Below, piece by piece: positions 1-12,550 of a DNA stretch of 64,000 nt. A program made the translations under genes and the position numbers. The notes under the pieces are model-generated. The model ran no database searches, was not told the origin of the DNA, and worked only from the letters and a program-made list of their open reading frames with translations. The first letter of the stretch is position 1, and every line of letters starts with the position of its first letter. The stretch is from Lytechinus pictus (lineage: Eukaryota). The DNA is taken from the NCBI RefSeq assembly GCF_037042905.1, contig NC_087251.1, positions 45,014,001 to 45,078,000 on the forward strand, in the 5' to 3' direction.

Positions 1-89
1 TCCACTTCCAATTGTGGATCAGGGTGTACTTCCAACAGATGGCAATCGATCTTATTGAAAGTCATGGACCACTCCGGATTAATTCTTTG
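1..89 (-). CDS. Probable exon of a second, downstream minus-strand gene, running off the window (QRINPEWSMTFNKIDCHLLEVHPDPQLEV...); product unknown
   Basis: Preceded on the minus strand by a long polypyrimidine tract and CAG (ttctgttctttttttgtttttccatcag). Only one frame is open, and it contains an ATG. Confidence 0.45.
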
Positions 90-292
90 CTGATGGAAAA
101 ACAAAAAAGAACAGAAAACAAATGAAACAATCTGATACATGTTCCGTTTTTCTTCTTTGTCATGGAACAAAACAACAGACCTAGAGCCCGTTTACTAAAG
201 AGCTACAACTATGGTTTTGTATGTATATAAAGTTGTCATGGTTTTAACACTAAAAAAAAACAGACTACTCTTTTTTTTCTAGTGTCTTTTAT

Positions 293-726
293 CAGTGGCG
301 TACCCAGGATTTTCCAAAGGGGGGCAAATTCGTCCGCCAAAAACTTTGACCCCCCAAAAAAGGTCTTCAACCACAAATAAAGGATTTCGTACCAGAAAAA
401 AATTGACAGGCAAGAAAAAAAAAGGGAAAAAAAAGGTCTTCAACCGCAAATAAAGGACATTTCGGACCAGAAAAAAAATTGACAAGCAAAAAAAAAAAGG
501 TCTTCTTCAACCGCAAATAAAGGACATTTCGGACCAGAAAAAAAATTGACAAGCAATAAAAAAAAAAAAAAAAAAAAATGGCTTCAAGTTCAAAAGAGGG
601 GGCCACTTGTGCCTCGTCAGGGATCGGTTGTGACTCGTCAGGGGGGGGGGGGGGCAGGGATACGTCCCTTGCATGAGTTGTGACTCGTCAGGGGGGCAGT
701 CTGCCCCCCCCTTAGGTACGCTAGTG
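293..726. mobile_element. hAT-like MITE with internal ~70-bp tandem repeats
   Basis: Imperfect TIRs CAGTGGCGTACC...GGTACGCTAGTG; 8-bp TSD tcttttat/tctcttat (1 mismatch); three units of aaggtcttcaaccgcaaataaaggacatttcggaccag. Confidence 0.75.
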
Positions 727-760
727 TCTCTTATCAATCTGAAAAACCCCTGCGACCTAA

Positions 761-1230
761 TTAAAGGACAAGTCCACCCCAACAAAAAGTTGATTTGAAT
801 AAAAATATAAAAACCAACAAGCATAACACTGAAAATTTCATCAAAATCGGATGTAAAATAAGAAAGTTTTGACTTTTTAAAGGTTCGCTTAATTTCATAA
901 AACAGTTTTGCACATCTTGGTCGGTATGCAAATGAGGAAACTGATGACGTCACGGTCATCCACGCACTATTTCTTTTGGACTTTATTATATGAAATATTC
1001 TAATTTTCTCCTCATTTCAAGTGAAAGAATGATTAATTCCTCCATGGAATTAGCATTACTTGATACTATATGGTTCATTCAAGTTGGTCCTTATTGTCAA
1101 ATCTGTAAAAAAATGAAATATTGTATAATTCAAACAATAAAAAAAACAAAAGAAATAGTGAGTGAGGGAAATCATCGACCGTCTCATTTGCATATCACTA
1201 AGTTGTACATAAACAGAGTTGTACATATCT
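761..1230 (+). mobile_element. 3'-truncated copy of TTAA-MITE family A
   Basis: Starts ttaaaggacaagtccacccc and aligns by eye to the copies at 5080 and 11940; the right TIR is missing. Confidence 0.8.
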
Positions 1231-2414
1231 TTATTTAAAAAACCTTAAATTGTCAATTTTCACTTTTTGGTTTGGTCAGGATTCTTAAAGTATCATGAGT
1301 CATGTGAGTGGGGTAGTCATTTTTTTTCCTTTGTGTTTTCGAAAGAAAAGGTGTCCTGTTTCTATGTGTCCCCCCCTTGTACTTCGCTCCATCCACTCTG
1401 CATTTTTTTGTTAAATTAAGATACGGATTTGCTGGAGTTTGTAAAATTGTCCAAACTGATTTGAGGTAGTTCTATTCCTTTATTGGAATAGACATCGCAT
1501 TGACGATTACAAGAAGTGCTCAGAATATTCGTATTAAGGTCAGTATATAGTCCACGTCTGCAAGTTAGTTCAATGAGATAGGACATATCGTATCTTTGTC
1601 TACAATATATCTATCAAAGTATTTCAACTCGCCCTTTGTTCTTGCAATATTTAGAGATGTGGGCCGTTTTCAGATCATGATATGAAAAAAAATCAGCTCG
1701 CGCTTCGCGCTTTTCTTAATAAATCAAAATGGCACGTGAAATACCCGTTTGCATGTCGGTATATAGAAAAATCTGCTCGCGCTTCAAACTTTTTAATGTG
1801 TTTTTTATTTAATTCAAGATAACTTTTTCAACTTTAAATAAAAATTTTAAACAATAGTTAAAGTGACGGTCGTAAACAACGTCCTTGAAAAGTTGAAATA
1901 TTAAACAGCATTATTACTGCAATATACAACCCCAAAAAAAATCAAGATATCATTTTTTTTAACAGACAAGTACTAAACTTTATTAATTTATGACCTGTTT
2001 TTCTCTGTAATCTTGGGGATGTTATTTTTATGTATTCACCGAACATATCAAGCGCTGAAAAGAATGAGCATATTTTCGTGAGGCCTCTATCGATGGAATT
2101 TGTATTTTGATTAGAAAAAATACATTATAAAGGATTTAATTTAGTTTTGAACCAAGGCATATAATGATGAATAACTGTAGTAGAAATTAAACTAACTGTG
2201 CCCCGAAGTCAATCATTTACCCACTAGATCAAAAGAAATTAAGACAAACATTACCAATCTTATTTCACCACACAGTGGTTAGTGAGCACAATGTTGTGTT
2301 ATAAACTTGTACAAAGTAAGAGTGAATCTCGGTGATTGTAAAACACCACTTGAGCAACTTCTAAAGACGTCCTTAAAACAGTGTTTTTGACATTGAAATA
2401 ATAATGTCACTTAC

Positions 2415-2640
2415 CCGATTATCACCAAACCTATGTTTGAAATCGCTTCCAGAAGTTCACATCCTTTAATTTACTCTCGATAGTACGCAGTAATAATTAT
2501 CAGAAGGATGCCTATTTTTGTTTGAGAATACATGTCCGCTGTTTAAATCCTTCTCTCGTTGTTGTTTTATTGTTGTATTCCCGTCTGTGAGTAGTTTTTA
2601 GTTGTACTTGTCCTGTTGGCGAAATTCATTCACTCTCTTC
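2415..2640 (-). other. Probable first (5' UTR) exon of the downstream gene; 5' boundary approximate
   Basis: Consensus donor CGG|gtaagt at 2414-2409; CpG-richer non-repetitive sequence directly downstream of an E2F/CHR element. Confidence 0.4.
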
Positions 2641-2653
2641 TGCCACACAGCTT

Positions 2654-2670
2654 TTCAAAATTTCCCGCCA
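2654..2670 (-). promoter_or_regulatory. Composite E2F (CDE-like) + CHR element TGGCGGGAAATTTTGAA
   Basis: E2F site TTTCCCGCCA abutting CHR TTTGAA; degenerate inverted copy ttggcgaaattca at about 2616-2628. Confidence 0.6.
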
Positions 2671-4067
2671 TTGATCGCTAGATTTCGCCTCAGTGCGTAA
2701 CAAAAGACTTATCAAGGATGGACATTCGTCGTTTTGTGAGGGGGGGGGGGGTCTTCTTTTTATTTGGCAACCAGTCATTTTGACTATTTGATTATTGTAA
2801 GTGGATTCATGATTGTCTCCGTCAATGTCGTTTCAGTAAATTTAAATACTGCATGTTTCTTTTGTTTAATAAAATGTTAAAGGGAAGTCCACCGTAAAAA
2901 AGTTGGTTTGTATCAAAATTGGATGAGAAATATGATAGGCTCTAGTTAGTACATAGTTTCGCTTCATTTTAAATGAAAGTTTGGCGATATAGCACATCTT
3001 GTTCGGTATGCAAACGTGGATAGCCATGACATCCCCACTTATTATTTCTTTTGTTTTATTACATAAGATATAATTTTTTTTTTCACCTCCAAAAAGTGAA
3101 TGACCATTTCCCCAAAAAATGCTTAAACAAAAATCACAATTTTATTTCCAAAATGGCCAAGTGATTAGTTCATGAATTTAATTGAAAATGTGCGATATTT
3201 CACCTCCCAGGTTCGGCTATGTTTGTCTCTTCACTATTAAAAAATAACTACATTTCCAACTAAAGCCATGACGAGTTTCCTCAGAATTATAAGTTATGAT
3301 TTTTTTTTTTTTTTTTTTAATTGCCCTGAACGCCCTAATAATTCTTAAATATAGGAATAGCAATCTACCTCTATGCGAGAAAACGATAATACCGATTAAA
3401 AAAAAACCCGTGTTTTTTTAGCTTAAATCATTAAACTAATCCCTTGTCCCTTTGGTAAAATGCGTTTAGAGTACTTTTAACAAATTTCAAAAAATCATAA
3501 CTTTATTCTGAGGAAACTCGCAAGGAATTAGTTTATGATGTTAGTTGAAAATGTGTGATATTTACTTTAATACTGTTGACTTATCGATGTAGGTCTCAGT
3601 ATACAATTACGTTTTACCTGTCTCGTTTTACAGCTGCTATTCCTCCGCCATTTATAGCTTTACCATTTTCATCTCTGCCATTTTAACCCTGCCCTTTTAA
3701 GCTGTAATTTTGCCTCTGCAGTTTTGGTTCATTTTCATTTGGTCTACAAGCAGTGCAGTTGTTCTTGTTCTCAGATAGTCTTCGCATTGGATAAACCCAT
3801 TTGGTCTACTATCAATTTGATCTACTTGATATTTGGTCTACACTGCACTATTCACTTGATCTAATACCCACCGAGACTAATGCCCAGATAGTCTAATTTC
3901 CTTTTCGTCTACCATTATTCGTTATTTTTTTCAATAGAAAATTGGGTTCCTAAACAGTTCATCTAACCATATAAACTAAGTGGTTTTAGACCAAATGAAT
4001 ATCAGATGAAATGGGTATTGCCTAACTAGTTGACAAAATGGTAAAGGGGTCAAAATCGCAATTAGAC

Positions 4068-4682
4068 TTAAAGGAGAATGAAACACTTGAAACCAGCTGA
4101 ATCCATATCCAAGAGAAAAATCAAAGAAACATATTGTTGAAAGTTTGAGGAAGATTGAATGAATAATAAGAAAGTTATGAGCATTTGAATATTGAGATCA
4201 CTAATGCCATGTAGATCCTCCCATTGGCAATGCGACCAAGATCTGTGATGTCACACACGTACAACTCCCTCATTACTTTAGTACTTATTTCACTTATATT
4301 CTCACTTTTAGTAGAGTCTATCACAAGGTGATGTGTTCTCTTTATGAGAGGACAAGTACAGAGGTTTCACAACATTATACCATTGATGAATCGTTTGTCA
4401 TATGATTAGAACATAGAGATGTATAGTTTATAATGAGCAAAAAGAGATGTTTTGGGGTATATTTTCAGCGTCCAAAAGGGGAGAGTTGTTCATCTGTGAC
4501 ATCATAGATCTTGGTCGCATTGCCAATGGGATGATCTCCATAGCATTAGTGATCTCGACATTCAAATGCTCATAACTCTTCTATTGCTAGTCCTATTTTA
4601 CTCAAACTTTTGTTGATCTTATTCTTTGATTTTTCTGCTTTCACAAAAGCTAACTTGGTCCAAGAGTTTCATTCTCCTTTAA
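4068..4682. mobile_element. TTAA-flanked fold-back MITE, family B (Kolobok-like termini)
   Basis: ttaaAGGAGAATGAAAC...GTTTCATTCTCCTttaa; long imperfect inverted arms (cccattggcaatgcgaccaagatc / gatcttggtcgcattgccaatggg). Confidence 0.85.
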
Positions 4683-5079
4683 TCTTTAGTAGGCATGCAG
4701 GCGTTATAAGCTATAAAAAAAATGATGGTCCAGAGATGGCGTATGGGCTAAAATAATAAAAAATGAAATAAAAACTACAAGCGAGCGAGCAAAACTTTTG
4801 ATACAAAAATCTAATTTTGTGCAAGTTTTTGACATAATTAAAAAAGTGATATTATGTTTCACCTTTTACCTTTCCTTTTCTCCCTTTTTTCTTGGTCTTG
4901 GAACTTATGGGGGAGGGGTGCAATCCCCTAGCGCCCCATCTGTACGCCAGTGTTAGTAGATCAACTGATTGAGGTAAGATTAGACCATGCAGGGAAAAGA
5001 CCCCAAGTGCGAAGTAGACAAAACGGATGAAGACTAATCAGCAATTTGCTGCTTTTTTACCCCCCTCTACCTTTGATAC

Positions 5080-5649
5080 TTAAAGGACAAGTCCACCCCA
5101 ACAAAATAGAGAAAAATCCAACAAGCATAACACTGAAAATTTCATCCAAATCGGATGTAAAATAAGAAAGTTATGACATTTTAAAGTTTCGCTTAATTTC
5201 ACGAAACAGTTATATGCACATCCTGGTCGGTATGCAAATTGGCAGACTGATGACGTCATCCACTCACTATTTCTTTTGTATTTTATGATATGAAATATGA
5301 ACTATTCTAATTTTCTCCTCGTTGTCAAGTGAAACAACAATTAATTCCTCTTGAACATGTGGAATTAGCATTGTTTAATACGATATGGTTCAGTCAACTT
5401 GGTTCTTACTGTCAAATCTGTAAAAAAATGAAATAATGTATAATTCAAACAATAAAAAACAAAAGAAAGAGTGAGTGATGGGCACCATCGACTGATTCAT
5501 TGCATGTCACTGAGTTGTGCATATATCACTGTTTTGTGAAAAATAAAAGAAACTTTAAAATGCCATAACTTTCTTATTTTACATCCGATTTTGATGAAAT
5601 TTTCAGCGTTATGCTAGTCTGATTTTTCTGGGGTGGACTTGACCTTTAA
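5080..5649 (+). mobile_element. TTAA-MITE family A, near full length (Kolobok-like)
   Basis: ttaaAGGACAAGTCCACCCC...GGGGTGGACTTGACCTttaa with long inverted arms. Confidence 0.88.
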
Positions 5650-6047
5650 TCTCTAACGCGCGAAACTAATAATCAAATTTTCCTTTACAAAATGGCACAA
5701 AACAGCCTTTGCGAGTGACGGCCATCAATTTGATTCTAAATTTTGGTGCTTGCCTTTAATTGATAATAATAACTACAATGTTATTATAATGCTAATTTGG
5801 GGATTTTTTTTGTGTTGCATGTTCCGATAATTTTTTTTTTTCAAAAAGAAAACAAAAGAGGCAAGGTGGTGAGAAAGATAAATAGGAAAATTGTACGAGG
5901 GAGAAAGTGAAAATTCTAAATTGGGTTGCCATATACTCTGTACACTTGCTTATGAATACTAATAATACAGAAAAGACAAGATTGAATGTTTTCAATTTGA
6001 ATGACAAGAGTCATATATTTCACCTCTATTCTAAAAGAAACCCAGCA

Positions 6048-6053
6048 TTTATT
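6048..6053 (-). terminator. Candidate distal polyadenylation signal AATAAA for the NPAS3/trh transcript
   Basis: AATAAA on the minus strand with several upstream TGTA motifs and U-rich downstream sequence. Other AATAAA candidates lie near 7295 and 13131. Confidence 0.3.
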
Positions 6054-6154
6054 ACAGAGAATTATCACCTACATTGTACATAAACAAGAATACTGGAATA
6101 CAGCACAATTTATATAAACATCATTGTAAGTTCATATGGATGGGGTTTTAATTC

Positions 6155-6630
6155 TTAAAGGGGGAGTTCACCCTGACAATAAGTTAGTTTTAATAAAAGC
6201 AGAAAAAATGAGGGAAAAGTACTGGTGAAGGTTTGATGAAAAATACGACAAAGAATAATGGAGTAACGAACGTTTAAACTCTCTCGATTTTGTGACAACA
6301 GACAGGCAGCTCCTATATGTCGTGTGATATGATTTTTTTCTTTAAAGATGTCATTTTCTAAACACAATTGAAAATGGAAATTATGGAATTTATATTACAT
6401 GATACAGGGGTGCTGCTTGCATAGAGACGTTATAATCATGATATGATATGCACTATACAAGAACTGTTTATTATTATTATTATCAAATGACGTCACAAAT
6501 CCTAAACTTTGAAATTTCATAACTTTTCATAACTATTCTTTGGTGAATTTTCCCCTAACCTTCACCACTATTTTTCTGCTTAAATCATCAATTAAAACCA
6601 ACTTATTGACAGGGTGAATTTCCCCTTTAA
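6155..6630. mobile_element. TTAA-flanked MITE, family C
   Basis: ttaaAGGGGGAGTTCACCCTGACAATAAGTT...AACTTATTGACAGGGTGAATTTCCCCTttaa. Confidence 0.8.
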
Positions 6631-8087
6631 GGAAAAGGAAATACAAGATGAACAAGAAGAAACATTATTTTCTAAATAAGGACTACGGTGACTTTCTACA
6701 ATGGGAGAGATTATCATGATTTGGGAAAAGATCTCCAGCAAATGTCCTGAATGATATCAACTTTTACAGAACATTTTAAAAAGCATTCAGTATCTTCAAA
6801 ACAGACTCCTGCTGCAGCTGGGCACACACTGAACAAAAAAAAAACCACAGTTAAAAAATCATATTCATAGCAATCTCATCATCGAAGGATTTGCAGACAC
6901 AATGAATCCCAATTCTCAGTATTTCATTATATCCCTTATTACACATATTTACATTTTTAATGAAGTCTTGCTTGAGCAAATAACAATATGAGACCTTTAG
7001 AAGGTGGCAGGGTGATAATAAGCATGACGGAAAGGCTTGAAGCTATTTAAAAACTATAGACATAACACAACATGGTGGTGATATATAAGAACTATATACA
7101 TAGAAACTCAATTAGATTGAGGATGTTTAGCTTCGTTGTGACAAGGTGTAAAATCATAATATATTTATACAATGGGTTGTCGTGGGCAGCTGCAACAAAA
7201 CAAAAGATAAAAAACAAAACAAAATTATAGCATACACACTTGCTGATATTTACAGGCATACAATTGTATTTAAAAAAAAGCCTCAACATAAACTTTTATT
7301 GCATAATAATGGATAGGATTACCGAAACACTGCTGCAATCTCTTCCTGTGGGACTGCAGTTTGATTCTTCTTATTCAAGAACAATTTTTCCCCAAAGAAT
7401 CACATCTTTGAAACAAAATCGACATTATCCTCTGTCTTACAGAGTTGATCCATTAGATCTTGCCTCAGATACACCTGCATGCTGGGTGGCGTTTCATCAA
7501 ACTGTTTGCAAAGTTACAAATGATGTTGTGAATGACGTCGAATATGGCAAGCTGAATGTGATTCTTAATAATTTTACACCAAATCATCAACAGTTTGTGT
7601 ATCATTGTGATAAATACAAATTCTTATGGTTCACAAACATTCTAATAAAGAGAATATTATGCACTCCGATTTGATTAGGATTATTGGACATTCAATCCCA
7701 ATTTGTTAAAATACCAAGGATGATTTATGACGTCCCATTTAGCATCTAATATTCCAATCCTTTGTAAAGTAATAAAACAGCTTTATGAAAGAGTCTCCTT
7801 AGTGGTCAATATTGATTAACTCTTTGACTGTGGAAGTTTGTTGACCAATGTGAATTAATTGAGCAGATAACATTCACAGGAACCACAGAATTAAGAAGTA
7901 GAAAGTTTCACAAGTTAAGGTCTTGTTATTAAATCAATGTGAAATAAGTAAGCGGATAACATCTACACAATCAACATAATTAAGTAGTTAAAGGTTGAAC
8001 AAGTTAGGGTCTTGTTTGGACCTTGAAAAAGAATGGATCATTCAATGAAAAAGCAACTGGCACACATGCCTATACACGATGCTTTCC

Positions 8088-8685
8088 TTAAAGGTCAAGT
8101 CCACCCCAGAAAAATGTTGATTTGAATAAATAGAGAAAAATCAAACAAACATTAAGCTAAAAATTTCATCAAAATCGGATATAAAATAAGAAAGTTATGG
8201 CATCTTAAAGTTTCGCTTATTTTTTCACAAATGCACAACTCAGTGACATGCAAATGAGACAGTCGATGATGTCCATCACTATTTCTTTTGTTTTTTATTG
8301 TTTTAATTATACAATATTTCATTTTTTACAGATTTAACAATAAGGACCAACTTGATTGAACCATATATTATTAAACAATGCTAATTACACATGTTCAGGG
8401 AGGAATTAATCGTTGTTTCACACAACAACAGGGAGAAAATTGGAATATTTCATATTTCATATAATAAAATACAAAAGAAATAGTGAGTGAGTGATGTCAT
8501 CAGTCTCCTCATTTGCATACCGACAAGGATGTGATATAACTGTTTTGTGAAATTAAGCGAAACTTTAAAATGTCATAAGTTTCTTATTTTACATCTGATT
8601 TTGATGAAATTTTCAGTGTTATGCTTGTTGGCTTTTTCTCTTTTTATTTGAATCAACTTTTTCTTTGGGTGGACTTGTCCTTTAA
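8088..8685 (-). mobile_element. TTAA-MITE family A, full length, opposite orientation
   Basis: ttaaAGGTCAAGTCCACCCC...GGGTGGACTTGTCCTttaa; the interior is the reverse complement of 11940-12550. Confidence 0.9.
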
Positions 8686-9377
8686 CTAACAAAGCAAACA
8701 ATGAAGAAAAAAAAGTGAACCAAAAACGATCATTAAGTACCATGATTTTGCTGCCCTGCTTTATGGAGCAGACATTGTTGCAACATCAGTACATGACGGG
8801 GGTATTAGAAATGGTAAATCAATGTGCTTCTGGTATGCGTTGGTTAATTTCAAAAACAGCAATTTCATCAAAGCTTATATCATGCAGCTAATAAAGTATG
8901 CTAAACTCGTTTAAATAATATGCAGCATCACTGATTGCCGTGTATGTATTCCACTCGTATATATTAACGATACTGCCATAGTTTAGTACATTATACCATT
9001 TCTGTTCACCGATACCCGGCATCTGTTCCCAGACTTGAAATTTTTATTTCTGTAAAGATGAAGCATAACCAACAGATCTGAATGTGAGGGCAAATTGAGC
9101 AAAAAACAATCTGATTGAAATTTGATTGAATCAATGGAAAATCAAGGCCTCTATCATAACAAAATTGTATTTTTATTTAAAGATTTGAAGTGTTTAGGAG
9201 CTCAAAAAGTAAGGATATAAACCAAGGTATTTCAAGGCTAATGCAAGTGGAGCTGAACAGAAACCCCCACATCCATTTTAAAGTAAAGTAGTTGCTTCAA
9301 TACGCACCTGATTAGAATATTAAGGTTTTTTTTAAAGTAAATAACCTTGCACAGTATTCTTAAAAGTAGAATGCTCC

Positions 9378-9965
9378 CCCGGGGGGGCCACTTCCATTGA
9401 CGAGTGGATACCATGCGCGACCAAGGGGTCTCGAAAAGCACCCTAACAATGAAACACGTATTTTCCATATTCTGAAAATGCACCCCTTAACACGTATTGG
9501 CGTCTGAAACCCTACCCTTAACAAGTATTGGAAACAAAACGATTCTCTTGGCAAGTATTCCCTGAAATGAACCCCTAAACAAGTAAAGCGATATTTTATT
9601 GTTATGTGACGGGTCCGTCGGTCGTCGGTTTTACCTTTACAGTTAACTATACCATTTGGTTTAGTACGGCCCCAGCTAGCTTCCACACATCGCGCAAATC
9701 GGAGTCTAAACGCGTAGCCAGTGTTAGGGTAAAAAGGAATATCCTTTATAAAACATTTTAATTTTGTTTTATCATCCCCGCAAATTTGACCCTAAACACG
9801 TAGCTTTCCTAGCGAAATAGATACCCTTTTTTCATTATTTTTGGGTTTTTGACACCCTTATCACGTTACGTACGTAACGTGCCCTATCTTGAAAAAGACA
9901 TCCTTTTTACGTGTTTTTTTGGTCGCGCATGGTATCCACTCGTCAATGTAAGTGGCCCCCCCGGG
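9378..9965. mobile_element. Non-autonomous DNA transposon with ~47-bp TIRs and perfect 8-bp TSD
   Basis: TIR CCCGGGGGGGCCACTT(C/A)CATTGACGAGTGGATACCATGCGCGACCAA at both ends; TSD AATGCTCC at 9370-9377 and 9966-9973. Confidence 0.92.
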
Positions 9966-11939
9966 AATGCTCCCTTTAATGAGATGTAATGAATTAATCA
10001 TGAAGCTTTCAGAGTCATAAAAAGCAGCGCAGCATATAGAAGTCAATGAAAATGTAGAACAAAAAAAAAATAATGACATCATTTCTTACATATTTCAGAT
10101 GAGCTTGGAATATTTCAGACACAGTCCTGGCATATGTTTGAAAGGCAGATCGCCAGTCAAAATAAACTTAACATGATAAATGCTCGTTAACAAAAAACCT
10201 AGAACCCCATTGTAATATCAAGTAGACTTCTACAACACAAGAGAATAGGTTAATATCACATGATAATACATAGATGAATATACCTTTGACACTAGGGCCC
10301 AATTCACATTTGAAGTTTTATCCTGTTTGAAGTCCGTCATGGGTGTGTTATGTTTGTATATACAGAATCTAGTCCAATTATACTTTTCCTTTAAACAAGT
10401 AGATATTATTTCAAAAATTTTGTTGCCTGGTTGGCAGAAGGATGGTCGGTTGCACGTGTGCAGCAATTTTCAATTCCTGGTAGTCTGGCCGGCATAAAGA
10501 TATTAGCTCAAGCGCATTTAGTTTCAATACAAGAATACAATTTGAAAAATTGTTAGTCGAGGTTTGGTGAAAATCGGTCAGAAAATTGTGGATTAATGAA
10601 TGTTTAAACTTTCAATTCTGTGACATCTTAAATGAGCAGTTCCTCTATATGCTGTGTGATTTTCAAAATTACATTTTCAAAAATACAAACTTAAAACTAT
10701 TTAAATGTAGGGTGGATATATCTTCAGCTACATCAATTCATACCCCCTTCCTATTTAAAAGAAAAATATTTTCAATATAACTTTGACACAAGGGCCCACT
10801 TCCCGATCCAAGTTTTTGAAAAAAAATTGCATTTTGCTTTTTTTCTGAAAATGTGTGAATACTAATATAACAGTTTGGGATGGTTGCGAGCTTTTGATTT
10901 GGAGTGGCCAATCATACGATTGCTATGACGTCATTACGATTAGATATTCAATTCGCTTTTATTGTAATAAGGATGGTGGCATAGTCACAGATTTGAACAT
11001 AAGTATTTGTATGATGATTCAGAATTTTAAACAATATTCAAATCAAATTTGCCTACATTTTATTCCAAAATCGGGTCGCGTACCAATTGTAAGGTGGCTG
11101 TGGCCTTAAAGTTCCCAAGCAAATGCACAAAAGTACATAAAAGTTTCAGCTTTTATAATACATTTCTCTACTAAGTGAATTAATAACAGGATACTACCAA
11201 GAAGTAATATAATTACTGAGTGAAAGCAACAAGTAATTTATGCAGCCCTTGGAAATCATCACTTGGGTGTTGAAAATCTTATATCTCAATATACCAAATT
11301 TGGAGGGCAGCTCGGAAAGAGCTGTTCTTTGGAAATGTGGCTATGGTGGCAACCCTATATTTCCTGAAAAGGACCTCCTCATTTCTACAGAGAACTCATA
11401 CTCAGCAAAAAAAGGTTGCAATGTAGGTTTCTCATCACTCTAAAATTGGGATTTAATTGTATTGTGTCTGATCACTTGGCTTTAGAAAGCCCACAGAAGG
11501 GGATGAAAGCTCACCATAAATATTGTTAAAGATAAGGATAATGGATTGTGGTAAGGATCTCATAATTAGTTCGAACGGAATCCGATAAAATTACCACCAA
11601 ATTGTGTTTACATGTACAAGCAAAAAATATTTGGCAAATGGCTATGGAAGAAAATGTGTAATTGCTGAGAAATTAGTAACATAAGCATGGATTTCCATCC
11701 AATGGGGTATTTTTCCAAGCAATATTAATACACTGTCCAACATATGCTTTCTGTGTTAGTGAGCATCAGAATTATCGGTTTTGATCAAAGATTTCATTAT
11801 TTCATACAGATTAGTTTACACTAATGTACCAGATCTAGATGTATGATGATATGGTGACTATTAACCTTGATTTAAAAGACTTCTTATGATTTTTTTTGGG
11901 CTGTAATTACTTTCTTTTACCTTTGAGGTTGGTAGAAGC

Positions 11940-12550
11940 TTAAAGGACAAGTCCACCCCGACAGAAAGTTGATTTGAATAAAAAGAGAAAAATCCAACAA
12001 GAATAACACTGAAAATTTCATCAAAATCGGATGTAAAATAAGAAAGTTATGACATTTTAAAGTTTCGCTTAATTTTACAAAACAGTTATATGCACATCCC
12101 GGTCGGTATGCAAATGAGGAGACTGATGATGTCATCCACTCACTATTTCTTTTGTATTTTATTATATGAAATATGAAATATTCTAATTTTCTCCTCATTG
12201 TCAAGGGAAACAATGATTAATTCCTCCCTGAACATGTGGAATTAGCATTGTTTAATACTATATGATTTAGTCAACTTGGTCCTTATTGTCAAATCTGTAA
12301 AAAATGAAATATTGTATAATTCAAACAATAAAAAACAAAAGAAATAGTGAGTGATGGACATCATCTTCTGACTCATTCGCATGATACTGAGTTGTACATA
12401 TTACTGTTTTGTGAAAAATAAGCGAAACTTTAAAATGTCATAACTTTCTTATTTTACATCCGATTTTGATGAAATTTTCAGTGTTATGCTAGTTTGATTT
12501 TTCTCTATTTATTCAAATCAACATTTTTCTGGGGTGGACTAGACCTTTAA
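11940..12550 (+). mobile_element. TTAA-MITE family A, full length
   Basis: ttaaAGGACAAGTCCACCCC...GGGGTGGACTAGACCTttaa. Confidence 0.9.

Noticed and set aside
507..1238. ORFs of 150 and 82 aa
   Set aside because: They lie within MITE sequence and have no transposase motifs.
7240..7674. 144-aa plus-strand ORF
   Set aside because: Non-ATG start, no recognisable domain or splice context; lies in the probable 3' UTR or flank.
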